DNA from: Longimicrobiales bacterium
Lineage (GTDB): Bacteria > Gemmatimonadota > Gemmatimonadetes > Longimicrobiales > Gaopeijiaceae
Length of the DNA stretch: 64,000 nucleotides
Assembly: GCA_965202805.1 (NCBI GenBank)
Contig: OZ241869.1
Coordinates: 3,072,001-3,136,000, forward strand
Reading direction: 5' to 3'
Position numbers and translations under genes: made by a program. Within the stretch, counting starts at the first letter, position 1. Each line of letters opens with the position of its first letter. Positions 1-9,044 of this stretch are shown here, in pieces. Below the pieces are notes generated by a model. It was given only the letters and a program-made list of their open reading frames with translations, searched no databases and was not told where the DNA came from.

Positions 1-228
1 CCGTCCGCCGATCCACACCTCTCCCGAGGTGGCTGCTTCGAGCCCGGCGATGAGGCGCAGCAGGGTGCTCTTTCCGCATCCCGAGGGGCCCACCAGCACC
101 ATCAGTTCGCCGGGCTGCACCTCGAGGTCCAGCGGCCGCACCGCAACGATGTCGCCGTACCGCTTCTCCACGCCGCGCAGCACGACGCCCTGCCCGGCGG
201 TCCGAGGACCGGCGCGCCCCGGACTCAC
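1..228 (-). CDS. ABC transporter ATP-binding protein, MalK/UgpC-like (5' part only; runs off window)
   Basis: Manual translation from GTG at 228 (overlaps upstream TGA) gives ...[45 protein letters not shown]..., with Walker A GPSGCGKS. Confidence 0.88.
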   Translation of the reverse strand, partial: MSPGRAGPRTAGQGVVLRGVEKRYGDIVAVRPLDLEVQPGELMVLVGPSGCGKSTLLRLIAGLEAATSGEVWIGGR

Positions 229-2618
229 GGAACCCACGGAACTCGCAGGGGCTCGCCGCGCGGCCCGTCGAACCGCTCGCCATCCACGGAGATGCTCACG
301 CGCCCAGGTTCCACCTCGACATGCAGCGTCCCTTCCCGCGCGACGACCGGCCCCAGCGACACGCGGGCGGGACCCTCCGGGAGCGGCCATACCTCGACGC
401 CCGACGCATCCACGTGGAGGCCGGCGAATCCGCGCGCCAGCAGATCCAGGATCCAGGAGTGCTGATAGTCGTCGATGCCCCGGAAGTGGCAGGCGCGGCC
501 CGTGTACGGGTTGTAGTGCTCGAAGCAGTTGGGCCGGGAGGGATCGCCATCCGTGAACATCATGCGCGCGTAGCGGCTGAGCATGTCGGCCGCGAGGCTG
601 CCGGCCCGCTCGCTTCCGCCGCGCCAGCAGCGCAGCAGCCCTTCGATCACGTGGCTCGTCGTCATCGGCCACGCTCGTCCGTTCCACGGGCAGTTGCGTC
701 GCTTGCCCCGCCAGATGCCCTCCGCGGAGAATCGCGGATCGTCCACGCTGGACGAAGGCAGCGGGAAGGGCGTGCCGAAGGTCCGGGGATCTTCGAGATG
801 GTCGAGCAGGGCGTCGAGGCGGGCGCCGCCCACCCGTCCCGTGAGCAGCGGGTAGAATCCCACCGCCGCCTTCACGCCGGTGCGCTCGCCGGTGCGCCCG
901 TCCACGTCGGTGAACAGCCGGGCCTCCGCCGACCACATGCGCCGGTCGATCGCCCTCCAGCAGCGGGCCGCCAGCCCCCGCCACCCGGCCTCGTCGCCCG
1001 GCCGCTCCAGCCGGCGCGCCACCGAGCCGAGGGCGCGGAACAACTGGTGCGCGTACACCGTGACGTCGATCCCCTTGAGGCGAAGCCGCGGACGCCACCC
1101 CGCCACGTCGGCCTCCTCGTCCACGGCCATGTAGCGCGACATGTACTCCTGTCCCGTCTCGAAATGGTTGGTGACGGTGAACATCCCGGACCCCTCCGGA
1201 TCGCGCGCCTCGGTCAGCCAGCGGGCGTAGCGCGACAGTCCCTCGTAGCAGCGGGCCAGCGCCCCGGCATCGGGGTGCAGGTCGTCGACCGCGAGCAGCG
1301 CGTCGCCCCAGTTGGCGTGGTAGAAGTCGGTTCGGTCGAGGCGCTCGGGATAGAGGCGCCCGTGAAAGGAGCCGTCGGGCTTCTGGTTGTCGACGAAGTT
1401 CAGGAGCGAGCCCCACGCCTCGCGCCCGCCCCTCCGCCAGCGCATCTCCATCATGTGGCACTGCGCGCTGTAGGCGATGGGCACGTGGAAATACTCCGGG
1501 CCCTCGGCGATGGCGGGGTGCCGGATCGGGCCCCATCGGCCCTCGATGCGGTTCAGGCCAAGGCCGTAGATGCGGTAGTCGAAATAGCGGTCCAGGTATG
1601 GATCGCCGCACCGGAAGTGGGGGAAGCCGCCGAAGAACGACTCCCACGCGGAGCATGGCGATGTCTGGCCGGCGGGCGTCCTGGAGGTGTCGCCCTCCAG
1701 ATGCCCGGAGGTCTCGCCGACCGCGGTCCCGGCGGTGTCGTGGACCGCGGTTCCGGAGGCGTCGTCGGCCGGGATCCTGGAGGCCTCGCCAGGCGGAGCC
1801 TCGCCGACCGGAAAGCTCGAGCGCGTTCGAGCCCGGTGCCCAGCTTCAGCGCGCCGAGGCCGGAGCGTCAGCCGGATGGCCGTCAGCTCGTCGTCGTCGA
1901 TCCCCGCCAGCGGAAGCGCGACTGCGATCCAGATCCACCCGGAGCTGTGCGCTTCGTCGGAGTCCGGGTCAGGCACGGCGCCGGACACCGGGGCGCCGCC
2001 CCCCTTTTCCGCAAAGGGCGAATGCCGCCACTCGGGTGTGTGGCTCCCCTCGGACGGCACGATGCTCCGCCATGCGGGCGAAACGGAGCCCGCGAGCTCC
2101 ATGCGCAGCGTCAATTCCTGCCCGCGCCGGTCCGACACCGCCCGTGTCCAGCCCACGCCCCCTTCCGTGGGTCGCGCCTGATCGGTCGCGTCTGCCGGCT
2201 GCGCGGTGAAGCCGACCAGGTAGCCCTCCAACTCGCGGGGCACCTGCCAGGATGATTCCAGGATTCCCCCCGGCAACACCCGGCGGCGCTCCTCGACGCC
2301 GACCCCTCGCTCATCCGACCACGTCGTGGCCAGCCGCCCCGGCCGCCACCTGTGCGGGGTCGACTCGCGACCGCCCGAGCCCCATGTCGCGCTGCGGAGG
2401 GGATGCTCCAGCCCGTCGGGGCGCACAAGCGCCACCGAGAACCCCGGGCCGACCTCGTGCTGCAGCACGTGCGCGGAATCCCAGAACCCCGGCCGGTGAA
2501 GCCAGCGCGGGAACGGCGGCGCCCACACCACGCCGTCCAGTCCTCCCAGGAACCACTTGTCCTCGCGCGCCAGCGCCGCGATGCGTGCCTTGGCGGGAAC
2601 GTCAGGCCGGGACCTCAC
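225..2618 (-). CDS. Glycoside hydrolase, GH63/MGH1-like (alpha/alpha)6 (trehalase/amylo-alpha-1,6-glucosidase-like)
   Basis: 797 aa ORF. C-terminal motifs ([41 protein letters not shown]) are typical of GH63-like catalytic domains. Coupled to the sugar ABC ATPase. Confidence 0.75.
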   Translation of the reverse strand: MRSRPDVPAKARIAALAREDKWFLGGLDGVVWAPPFPRWLHRPGFWDSAHVLQHEVGPGFSVALVRPDGLEHPLRSATWGSGGRESTPHRWRPGRLATTWSDERGVGVEERRRVLPGGILESSWQVPRELEGYLVGFTAQPADATDQARPTEGGVGWTRAVSDRRGQELTLRMELAGSVSPAWRSIVPSEGSHTPEWRHSPFAEKGGGAPVSGAVPDPDSDEAHSSGWIWIAVALPLAGIDDDELTAIRLTLRPRRAEAGHRARTRSSFPVGEAPPGEASRIPADDASGTAVHDTAGTAVGETSGHLEGDTSRTPAGQTSPCSAWESFFGGFPHFRCGDPYLDRYFDYRIYGLGLNRIEGRWGPIRHPAIAEGPEYFHVPIAYSAQCHMMEMRWRRGGREAWGSLLNFVDNQKPDGSFHGRLYPERLDRTDFYHANWGDALLAVDDLHPDAGALARCYEGLSRYARWLTEARDPEGSGMFTVTNHFETGQEYMSRYMAVDEEADVAGWRPRLRLKGIDVTVYAHQLFRALGSVARRLERPGDEAGWRGLAARCWRAIDRRMWSAEARLFTDVDGRTGERTGVKAAVGFYPLLTGRVGGARLDALLDHLEDPRTFGTPFPLPSSSVDDPRFSAEGIWRGKRRNCPWNGRAWPMTTSHVIEGLLRCWRGGSERAGSLAADMLSRYARMMFTDGDPSRPNCFEHYNPYTGRACHFRGIDDYQHSWILDLLARGFAGLHVDASGVEVWPLPEGPARVSLGPVVAREGTLHVEVEPGRVSISVDGERFDGPRGEPLRVPWVP

Positions 2619-3856
2619 GATACGGAGGCCCTGACGACGTACGGGACCTCGAACTCATCGACAACCCAGCCGTAGATGCTGCCGCGCCTGACCCGGATCG
2701 GGCCTGCCGCCTCGAAGGCGAGGCGAACGGAGCCCAGGTAGTCGCCGTCCTGCGAGTACAGGTCGTAGAAACCGGGCGCGTCCCCGGGCGTGACTCTCTC
2801 GACCCAGAGCCGGCCCTGGTCGTCGACGAAGAGACCCTGGAGAACGGGCTTGACGTCCGGGATCAGGGCGGCAGCTTCTTCCGCCACCCGGCGCAGGTCG
2901 GGGCTGTCTTCGACGATGCTCTCGACGTAGGCCGACCGGTCTTCGTCCGTGACCCGTTGCGCGGCAACCGCCGCGTCGATGACGACCAGCGTGTCCCCGC
3001 CCTCGCCTGTCCGCGCGATGCGGTACGACGCGTTGTGCGCGAGCCAGAATCCCCCGGACGGGTCTACCGCAGCTATCGCGAATGCCTGGAACGGAATGTC
3101 GCGGACTCCCGAGCGGGTGCCCGCCGTGTAGGCGTAGAACCGCCTGTTGATCTCACCGAGGTAGACCGAGTCGATGGCCCCGCTGGACAGGTCGTAGGAC
3201 TTGTAGTAGCGCCGGTACGTTACCGAGACCACGCCCGTCGGGGGCAGGTGGCGCGGTTCGTCTTCCGAATGGAAGGTCTCCTTCCAGTAACGGCTCGTTT
3301 TGTCGAACGCTCCGCTCCAGAAATCGCCGTAGCCCGAGACCGGCTTGTTGAACCTGCGTATCTCCTCTCCGTGGGGGTCCACCCCGATGATCGTCCCCTG
3401 GCTGTGGTTGGGGATCCACAGGAGGGTGTCTCCCGACAGGAAGATGCCGTTGGCCTCTCCAATCTCGCCCGGTCCCTCGCCCCGCCGCACGATCGTCCGC
3501 AGATACCGGCCCGCGGAGTCGAAGACACGGACCTCCGCCGCCTGGTAATCCAGCACATGGATGTCCCCGTCGCTGGAAGCCTCGATGCCCCGGATGTCCG
3601 CGAAGGCGAAGGCGGGATCGTCCCCTTCAAGGCTTCCGAACCAAAGGTTCACCCGCGCTTCCGTGACCTCGGGGCCGACGGAGTCGATGGCGGGAAGACC
3701 CGGATAGAGGACGAGGACCGCACCGTTCGGAAGCGTCTCCCGCGTCGGCTCCGCCGCCGGCGATTCCGGCTCGCAGGAGTGGAGGGCGGCGGCCAGCGCG
3801 AGGACGACAAGGGATGGACGGCGGGGCCGCGTGGATGCGCGTTCCGGGCGGGGCAT
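2615..3856 (-). CDS. 6-bladed beta-propeller (NHL-like) lipoprotein
   Basis: AGGAGG precedes ATG 3856; hydrophobic leader ending in Cys (LAAALHSC); FADIRGI, RRGEGPGE and VDDQGRLWV blade motifs. Confidence 0.75.
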   Translation of the reverse strand: MPRPERASTRPRRPSLVVLALAAALHSCEPESPAAEPTRETLPNGAVLVLYPGLPAIDSVGPEVTEARVNLWFGSLEGDDPAFAFADIRGIEASSDGDIHVLDYQAAEVRVFDSAGRYLRTIVRRGEGPGEIGEANGIFLSGDTLLWIPNHSQGTIIGVDPHGEEIRRFNKPVSGYGDFWSGAFDKTSRYWKETFHSEDEPRHLPPTGVVSVTYRRYYKSYDLSSGAIDSVYLGEINRRFYAYTAGTRSGVRDIPFQAFAIAAVDPSGGFWLAHNASYRIARTGEGGDTLVVIDAAVAAQRVTDEDRSAYVESIVEDSPDLRRVAEEAAALIPDVKPVLQGLFVDDQGRLWVERVTPGDAPGFYDLYSQDGDYLGSVRLAFEAAGPIRVRRGSIYGWVVDEFEVPYVVRASVS

Positions 3857-4139
3857 GGCCCGATCCTCCTGACCCGAGATTGCAACGAAGGCGCGAATCG
3901 CCTCACGGGACAACACCGAAGGTACGGTTCTCGCCTCCGGGATGTCACGCTTTCCCACGGCGGGCCGGCGCGAGCCTGGCGACACGAGCCCCCTCCAGCC
4001 AGCGGCGCCTGACACCTCCGCCGCCGAGCACGCGTAGACGCGCACACGCCCCCGCGCCAATCACGTGGGTGGCCCGCAGGTACGGCGATTGGCAGCCGTG
4101 CCGCCTGTACAACCCTGCGTTCAGAGTCTGGAGGAAGAG

Positions 4140-4865
4140 ATGTCCTGGAACCGTCGAGCCCATGGCCGCCAGTCCCGGCCTTTCGCCCTCGCGGGCACCC
4201 TGATCGTTGCCCTGATATCAACCGGCTGCGTCTTCATCGATGAAGACGAGTCGCGGGTAGACGTCGAAATGGAGGAGGTGAGGGAGGGCATGCACGAGGT
4301 TGCGGATGACCTCGCCGATGGTCTTTCCGACGCGGTGGAGCAGTTGAGCGAAGCGCTGCACGACATCGACCTGGAGCTGTCGAGCGAGACGCTGGTCGAG
4401 AGGCCCTTGTCATTCCGCGCACTGCGCGATGTCCTGCCGGACGAGGCCGGCAGTCTTTCACTCTCGTCTCGTGAAGGGTCGACCGTTGGCGCGCTCGGGT
4501 TTCGCGTCTCGACGGTCGAAGCCGAGTATCGGAATCGCGACGGAGCGGACGTGGACGTTGCAATCGCCGATATCGGGGCTCTCCCGCTTGTCGGATCGGA
4601 GGATTTCCTCGACCGGCTGGACGTCGAGATCGACGAAGAAAGCGAGCGCGGCTGGAAGCGCACGGTGGAATATGAGGGGTACCCGGCCCTGGCCGAGTTT
4701 CGGCGTACGCGCGGAGACCGCGGCCGCGGGCAGCTAACCTGGTTGGTAGAGGGCCGCTTCGTGGTCTCCATGGAGGGACGGGGCGTGACGATGGACGAAC
4801 TCTACGACCTGCGGGACGCGATCGACACGGACGCGCTGGCCGACATGCGTGACCGGGAGGGCTGA
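4140..4865 (+). CDS. Hypothetical lipoprotein
   Basis: GGAGGA RBS before ATG 4140; lipobox ISTGC; coding-like codon usage. Confidence 0.7.
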   Translation: MSWNRRAHGRQSRPFALAGTLIVALISTGCVFIDEDESRVDVEMEEVREGMHEVADDLADGLSDAVEQLSEALHDIDLELSSETLVERPLSFRALRDVLPDEAGSLSLSSREGSTVGALGFRVSTVEAEYRNRDGADVDVAIADIGALPLVGSEDFLDRLDVEIDEESERGWKRTVEYEGYPALAEFRRTRGDRGRGQLTWLVEGRFVVSMEGRGVTMDELYDLRDAIDTDALADMRDREG

Positions 4866-5023
4866 GCGGACGGCCGCCGGTGCCATAGCCGTTCGCATGG
4901 CCCACAGTCTAGAGACACGGTCTCTCCCGCAGGGCCATCTGTAGAAGCTCCCCGTGAGAAGACCGCGGGTCCCCTGCGACTGCGGGGCAGCGTGCCGGCG
5001 CGTGCCGGTCATCGGGTCGCCAT

Positions 5024-5055
5024 GAATTACGTAAATTACGTATTTTATGTAATTC
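5024..5055. repeat. AT-rich 32-bp imperfect palindrome GAATTACGTAAAT-TACGTA-TTTTATGTAATTC
   Basis: 28 of 32 positions match the reverse complement; strongly AT-rich in a GC-rich background. Confidence 0.85.
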
Positions 5056-5094
5056 GCGCTGCGATTAGCGAAACCAGGTTGCCGCGAAAGCACG

Positions 5095-5123
5095 TTGCCG
5101 CTTGACCGGTGATACGTTACAGT
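5095..5123 (+). promoter_or_regulatory. Putative sigma-70 promoter of higBA (near-leaderless)
   Basis: TTGCCG-N17-TACAGT, ending 9 nt before ATG 5133, which has no SD. Confidence 0.4.
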
Positions 5124-5132
5124 TCTCATTCA

Positions 5133-5412
5133 ATGATTCCTGGCTTTTCGCCACCGAGGCCTCGAGCGTTTGTTCGAGAAGGGAGACCGGAGGCGGATTT
5201 CCCCGGACCTGATCGCCAAGGTCGAGCGGGTCCTCGCCCGCTTGGACGTAGCGGCCAAGCCGGAGGACATGAACCTGCCGGGCTTGGGGCTCCACCCGCT
5301 GAAAGGCGACCGCGCAGGTTATTGGGCAGTGAAGGTGTCCGCCAACTGGCGCGTAGTCTTCCGCTTCGACGGTCGCGATGTCAGGGATGTGGACTTGACC
5401 GATTACCATTAG
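5133..5412 (+). pseudogene. higB: HigB-family (RelE-like, plasmid maintenance killer) toxin with apparent +1 frameshift near its start
   Basis: The toxin frame reads [14 protein letters not shown]...[26 protein letters not shown]...DVDLTDYH. The natural ATG (5133) is 1 nt out of frame, and the toxin frame has TGA at 5134. Confidence 0.75.
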
Positions 5413-5429
5413 GAGGCCGCGACGTGCCG

Positions 5430-5714
5430 ATGAAGAACCCGCCGCATCCGGGCCTGTCCGTGCGCCATGACTGTCTGGAGCCGCTGGGGCTCACCGTGAC
5501 GGAGGCGGCGCGGAGGCTCGGGGTTAGCCGAAAGCAGCTTTCGGAACTTGTCAACTGCCGTTCGGGCATCTCTCCCGAAATGGCGATCCGCCTGGATAAG
5601 GCGTTTGGAGGCGGCGCTGAGACCTGGTATCGGCTTCAAGCGGCCTACGAGCTTGCGCAGGCCATGAAGAATGCCGGCCGGATCCACGTCGAGCGGATAC
5701 CGACCCCCGTTTGA
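5430..5714 (+). CDS. higA: HigA-family antitoxin (XRE HTH)
   Basis: [17 protein letters not shown]...[22 protein letters not shown]...ISPEMAIRL...[10 protein letters not shown]. Confidence 0.93.
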   Translation: MKNPPHPGLSVRHDCLEPLGLTVTEAARRLGVSRKQLSELVNCRSGISPEMAIRLDKAFGGGAETWYRLQAAYELAQAMKNAGRIHVERIPTPV

Positions 5715-5914
5715 TGCCTGTTCCGGACGTGACGGCAACAGGGCCATGGTCCCGGCGATCCGGGTTCCGGCTCGTGAAGCCGCTGGCAGCGGAGCCCTGT
5801 CGGTAGCGAATCACGATGGCTTTTCCGTCGTCTAATCCCGTGCCATGGGCGGCACCCGGGTCGGGCATTGTCGGCGCAGATGTCAACCCGGCCGGCGTTC
5901 GGCAGCCGCAGGGC

Positions 5915-6110
5915 TCCCGCCGGTGCGCCACCCGGCATTGGCCGCCCACTTGTCGCGGGCATCTGCATACGCTTGATCGTCTGCCGGAGGGCGTACCGTA
6001 GCGCTGCGGTCGTCCCGGCGTTAAAGAGCGTGCCGGATGCTGCCAGTTGGGCACGCACCGAGTGGTCCAGCCGGGCCATCTCCAGGAGGTCGCGCCGCAG
6101 GAGCTGGAGC
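5915..6110 (-). pseudogene. Internally deleted relic of a DUF6624-like protein
   Basis: LRRDLLEMARLDHSVRAQLAASGTLFN (N-terminal-like) is joined directly, in another frame, to GRPQRYGT (C-terminal-like motif). Recognised from memory; boundaries approximate. Confidence 0.45.
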
Positions 6111-6149
6111 TGACGTGGCGTCCGCCGCCGCAGGAGTGGGCCGTTGTCG

Positions 6150-7748
6150 TCAGCTTGCGCAGGCGGATACCTCCGGATGGGCCGTCCAGGCGTCGAAAGG
6201 CTCGCCTTCCGTCGTCAACGTCACTTCCGTGGATTCGCCGGGAGCGAGGTCCGTTCGCGCGGTCGGCCCCAGTTCGGTTCCGGTGGACAGGTGAACCTCG
6301 ACGCGGACGGCGCAGAGCACCTCTTGGGTCACGTTCTCGACCGTGCCGATGAACGCCCCACGCGCGGCATCGAACGACAGGACCAGGCGGGCGCCCCTCC
6401 GGATCTCGTCCCAGGTTGCGTCGGAAGCGATGTATTCGCCCGATTCCTCGCCCTCTTCGTCGTGCTCGCCGTCCTCGCCGTGTTCGCCGCCTTCACCGTG
6501 TTCGCCGCCCTCGCCGTGTTCTTCTCCGCCCTCGCCGGCGCCATGCTCGCCCTCGTCTTCGCGCCCGCCGTGTTCGCCGTCACCCTCCCCCTCGTGCTCT
6601 TCCCCGCCCTCGCGGTCTCCCTCTGCTTCATCCTCCTCGCCTTCCATCGGGGGCAGCATTCCGTCGAGTTCCGCGTACACCTGCTGGACGGCACGGGCCG
6701 CCTGGCTCTCCGACAGCCACCAGTCCCCGAGCTCCCCGAAGTCGGCGCTCGCCCGCGCTTCCTCCAGGCTGAGACCCTCTCCGTGCAGCCGGCGGGCCTC
6801 GTCGATGACCTGCACCACGGCCTGGCGGAACACCTCCAGTTCCTCCCGCAGGATTTCGGGGGAATCGACGAAGCCGTGTCCGGGAACGTACGTCCCGGCG
6901 TCCATCGCCTGCGCCCGCTCGATCATCGCCACCCATTCGCTGGGATAGGCCGTGCGCATGGCGGGGAAGACGCGGTGCAGGTAGGCCTCGCTCATGAAGA
7001 GGACGCCGTCTTCGGGAAGGTGGACGACCAGGTCGCCGCCCGTGTGCGCGCGGCCCAGGAAGAGGATCTCGATGGTCCGGCCGCCCAGCTCCAGCACCTC
7101 ACGGTCGTCGACCAGGCGGGTGGGCAGCACCACACGGGGCGCGTCCTCGGGCCGAAAGGGATTGGCGGCCATGGCCTCCAGCACCCGCGCCGAGGCGGGA
7201 TGGGCGATGAACTCCGCGTCCGCGGGGAAGGCGGAGTTGCCGGCGGTATGGTCGCCGTGGTCGGAGCAGATCACCACATGGGTGATGGGCAGGTCGGTGA
7301 CCGAGGCGATGTGGTCGATGAGGCGCTGCGTCTCCGCCACGTTGCCCTGGCCGTCCGCCACCAGCACGCCCTCGTCGGTCACCACGAACATGCTCACGGT
7401 GGTGAAGCGCTGGTCCCCGGCCGAGCGCAGCGCCTCGTAGGAATAGACCCCGTCGGCCAGTTCGCGCAGCCGCGGGAAATCCTCCTCGCTGTAGCCGCGC
7501 GCGAAGGGGTTGGCGGTGCGGACCAGTTCGTCGGCCGGGATGGCGCCGCCGCCTGCATCCTTCCCGCTCCCGGCCGCGCCGCCTCCCCCGGCTTCATTCC
7601 CGGAGCCGCCGCATGCAAGACTGGCGAAAGCGAGTGCGAGGACGGGGAGAATGAGGGTGCGCCGCCACGATCGACGTGCGGGGCCGGCGTCGGCGTCGCG
7701 CCCGGGCGTCCGGCGGGGCTGGTGCTGGTTCGTCGGCCTGCTGGTCAT
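6150..7748 (-). CDS. MBL-fold metallo-hydrolase lipoprotein with His/Glu/Gly-rich linker and C-terminal beta-sandwich-like domain
   Basis: Lipobox SLAC; MBL motifs SDHGDH, AHTGGD, PGHG; GEHGEG repeats; GGGAG RBS. Confidence 0.8.
   Translation of the reverse strand: MTSRPTNQHQPRRTPGRDADAGPARRSWRRTLILPVLALAFASLACGGSGNEAGGGGAAGSGKDAGGGAIPADELVRTANPFARGYSEEDFPRLRELADGVYSYEALRSAGDQRFTTVSMFVVTDEGVLVADGQGNVAETQRLIDHIASVTDLPITHVVICSDHGDHTAGNSAFPADAEFIAHPASARVLEAMAANPFRPEDAPRVVLPTRLVDDREVLELGGRTIEILFLGRAHTGGDLVVHLPEDGVLFMSEAYLHRVFPAMRTAYPSEWVAMIERAQAMDAGTYVPGHGFVDSPEILREELEVFRQAVVQVIDEARRLHGEGLSLEEARASADFGELGDWWLSESQAARAVQQVYAELDGMLPPMEGEEDEAEGDREGGEEHEGEGDGEHGGREDEGEHGAGEGGEEHGEGGEHGEGGEHGEDGEHDEEGEESGEYIASDATWDEIRRGARLVLSFDAARGAFIGTVENVTQEVLCAVRVEVHLSTGTELGPTARTDLAPGESTEVTLTTEGEPFDAWTAHPEVSACAS
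6445..6645 (-). repeat. Degenerate 18-bp coding repeat (GEHGEG units)
   Basis: EEHEGEGDGEH...GEEHGEGGEHGEGGEHGEDGEHDEE, 7 His. Confidence 0.85.
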
Positions 7749-7793
7749 GGCGGGTGCTCCCTTGGACTACTCGGCCCGGAGTAGAAAACCTTC

Positions 7794-7822
7794 TGGACAT
7801 CATCCGCATCCCATTTTAGAAT
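7794..7822 (+). promoter_or_regulatory. Putative sigma-70 promoter for the ABC operon
   Basis: TGGACA-N17-TAGAAT in a divergent intergenic region; overlaps a TAAAAT on the minus strand (7813-7818). Confidence 0.5.
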
Positions 7823-7976
7823 CGTTCGCCCCTGCGGGAAAACGGGGGAGAACAGCGAGTTGCTCGCGCGCGGGACTGCACGGGCTGCCCGGGCCGCGCG
7901 ATGACGAGTATCTCGCGCGGCTCTTCTCGTGTATGGTCGATGGGGGCGCGGAGAGACAACGCGGAAGGAGGACGGA

Positions 7977-9044
7977 ATGATCGCCGTGCAGGGCGTGACC
8001 AAGCGCTTCGGCCCCCTCGTAGCCGTCAACGACGTGTCGTTCGAGGTGGACCGGGGCGAGGTGGTGGGTTTTCTGGGACCGAACGCGGCGGGGAAGACCA
8101 CCACGATGCGCATGCTGACCGGCACGCTGCAGCCCGATTCGGGCGTGGTGCAGTTCGACGGCGTGCCCATCGAGACCGACCTGAGGGAAGCCAAGCGGCG
8201 CGTGGGCTATCTGCCCGAGGCGAATCCGCTGTACGACGACATGCTGGTAGCGGAGTATCTCGAGTACGTGGCCGAGATCCGCAGGATTCGGGGCGCGGAT
8301 GCCCGGCGCGCCGTCCAGGACGCGGTGGAGGAGACCGCGCTGGAGGCGGTCTTCTTCCGTCCGATCGGGGAATGCTCCAAGGGATACCGGCAGCGCATCG
8401 GGCTCGCGGCGGCGATCCTGCACCGCCCCGAGATCCTGGTGCTGGACGAGCCCACCGAGGGCCTCGACCCCAACCAGCGGGTGGAGATCCGCAAGCTGAT
8501 CAACGCGCTGGGCGCCGAGCGCACGGTCCTCCTCAGCACCCACGTCATGCAGGAGGTCGAGGCCACCTGCCAGCGGCTGCTGATCATCTCGGGCGGGCGG
8601 CTGGTCGCCGACGGCACCGTGGCCGATCTGGCCGCCGACCGCACCGGCGGGGCGTACTACCTGGTCGAAGCCGAGGGGGAGGGCGTGTCGGAGGCGCTCG
8701 CCGCCCTGGAGGGCGTCTCTTCCGCCACAGCGGATGCGCGCGAAGGCCGCACCCGCGTGCGCCTGGAGGTGGCGTCCGGCGCCGAGCTGCGCCCGACCAT
8801 CTTCCAGCTCGCAACCCGCCGCGGGTGGGCGCTCTGGGAGCTGCACCGGGAGCGGGCCAACCTGGAGCGGGTCTTCCGGTCGCTGACCGCGAACGGCGAA
8901 GACGGCGGAAACGACTCCCTCGATGCGAACGGCGAGCCCGGCGAGGACCGCGCCGGGGATGCGATCGCCGCGGAGGCCGGCGAGACGGCTCCGCCGCCGG
9001 CTGATGACGCCTCCACAGCGATGGCGGAGGAGGTGGCGGAATGA
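7977..9044 (+). CDS. ABC transporter ATP-binding protein (GldA-like)
   Basis: AGGAGG RBS; GPNAAGKTT, SKGYRQR signature, LVLDEPT, LSTH. Confidence 0.92.
   Translation: MIAVQGVTKRFGPLVAVNDVSFEVDRGEVVGFLGPNAAGKTTTMRMLTGTLQPDSGVVQFDGVPIETDLREAKRRVGYLPEANPLYDDMLVAEYLEYVAEIRRIRGADARRAVQDAVEETALEAVFFRPIGECSKGYRQRIGLAAAILHRPEILVLDEPTEGLDPNQRVEIRKLINALGAERTVLLSTHVMQEVEATCQRLLIISGGRLVADGTVADLAADRTGGAYYLVEAEGEGVSEALAALEGVSSATADAREGRTRVRLEVASGAELRPTIFQLATRRGWALWELHRERANLERVFRSLTANGEDGGNDSLDANGEPGEDRAGDAIAAEAGETAPPPADDASTAMAEEVAE

Noticed and set aside
5024..5055. Canonical chromosomal dif site
   Set aside because: The XerD-like arm is present, but there is no XerC-like arm at 6-bp spacing. Kept only as an unexplained palindrome.
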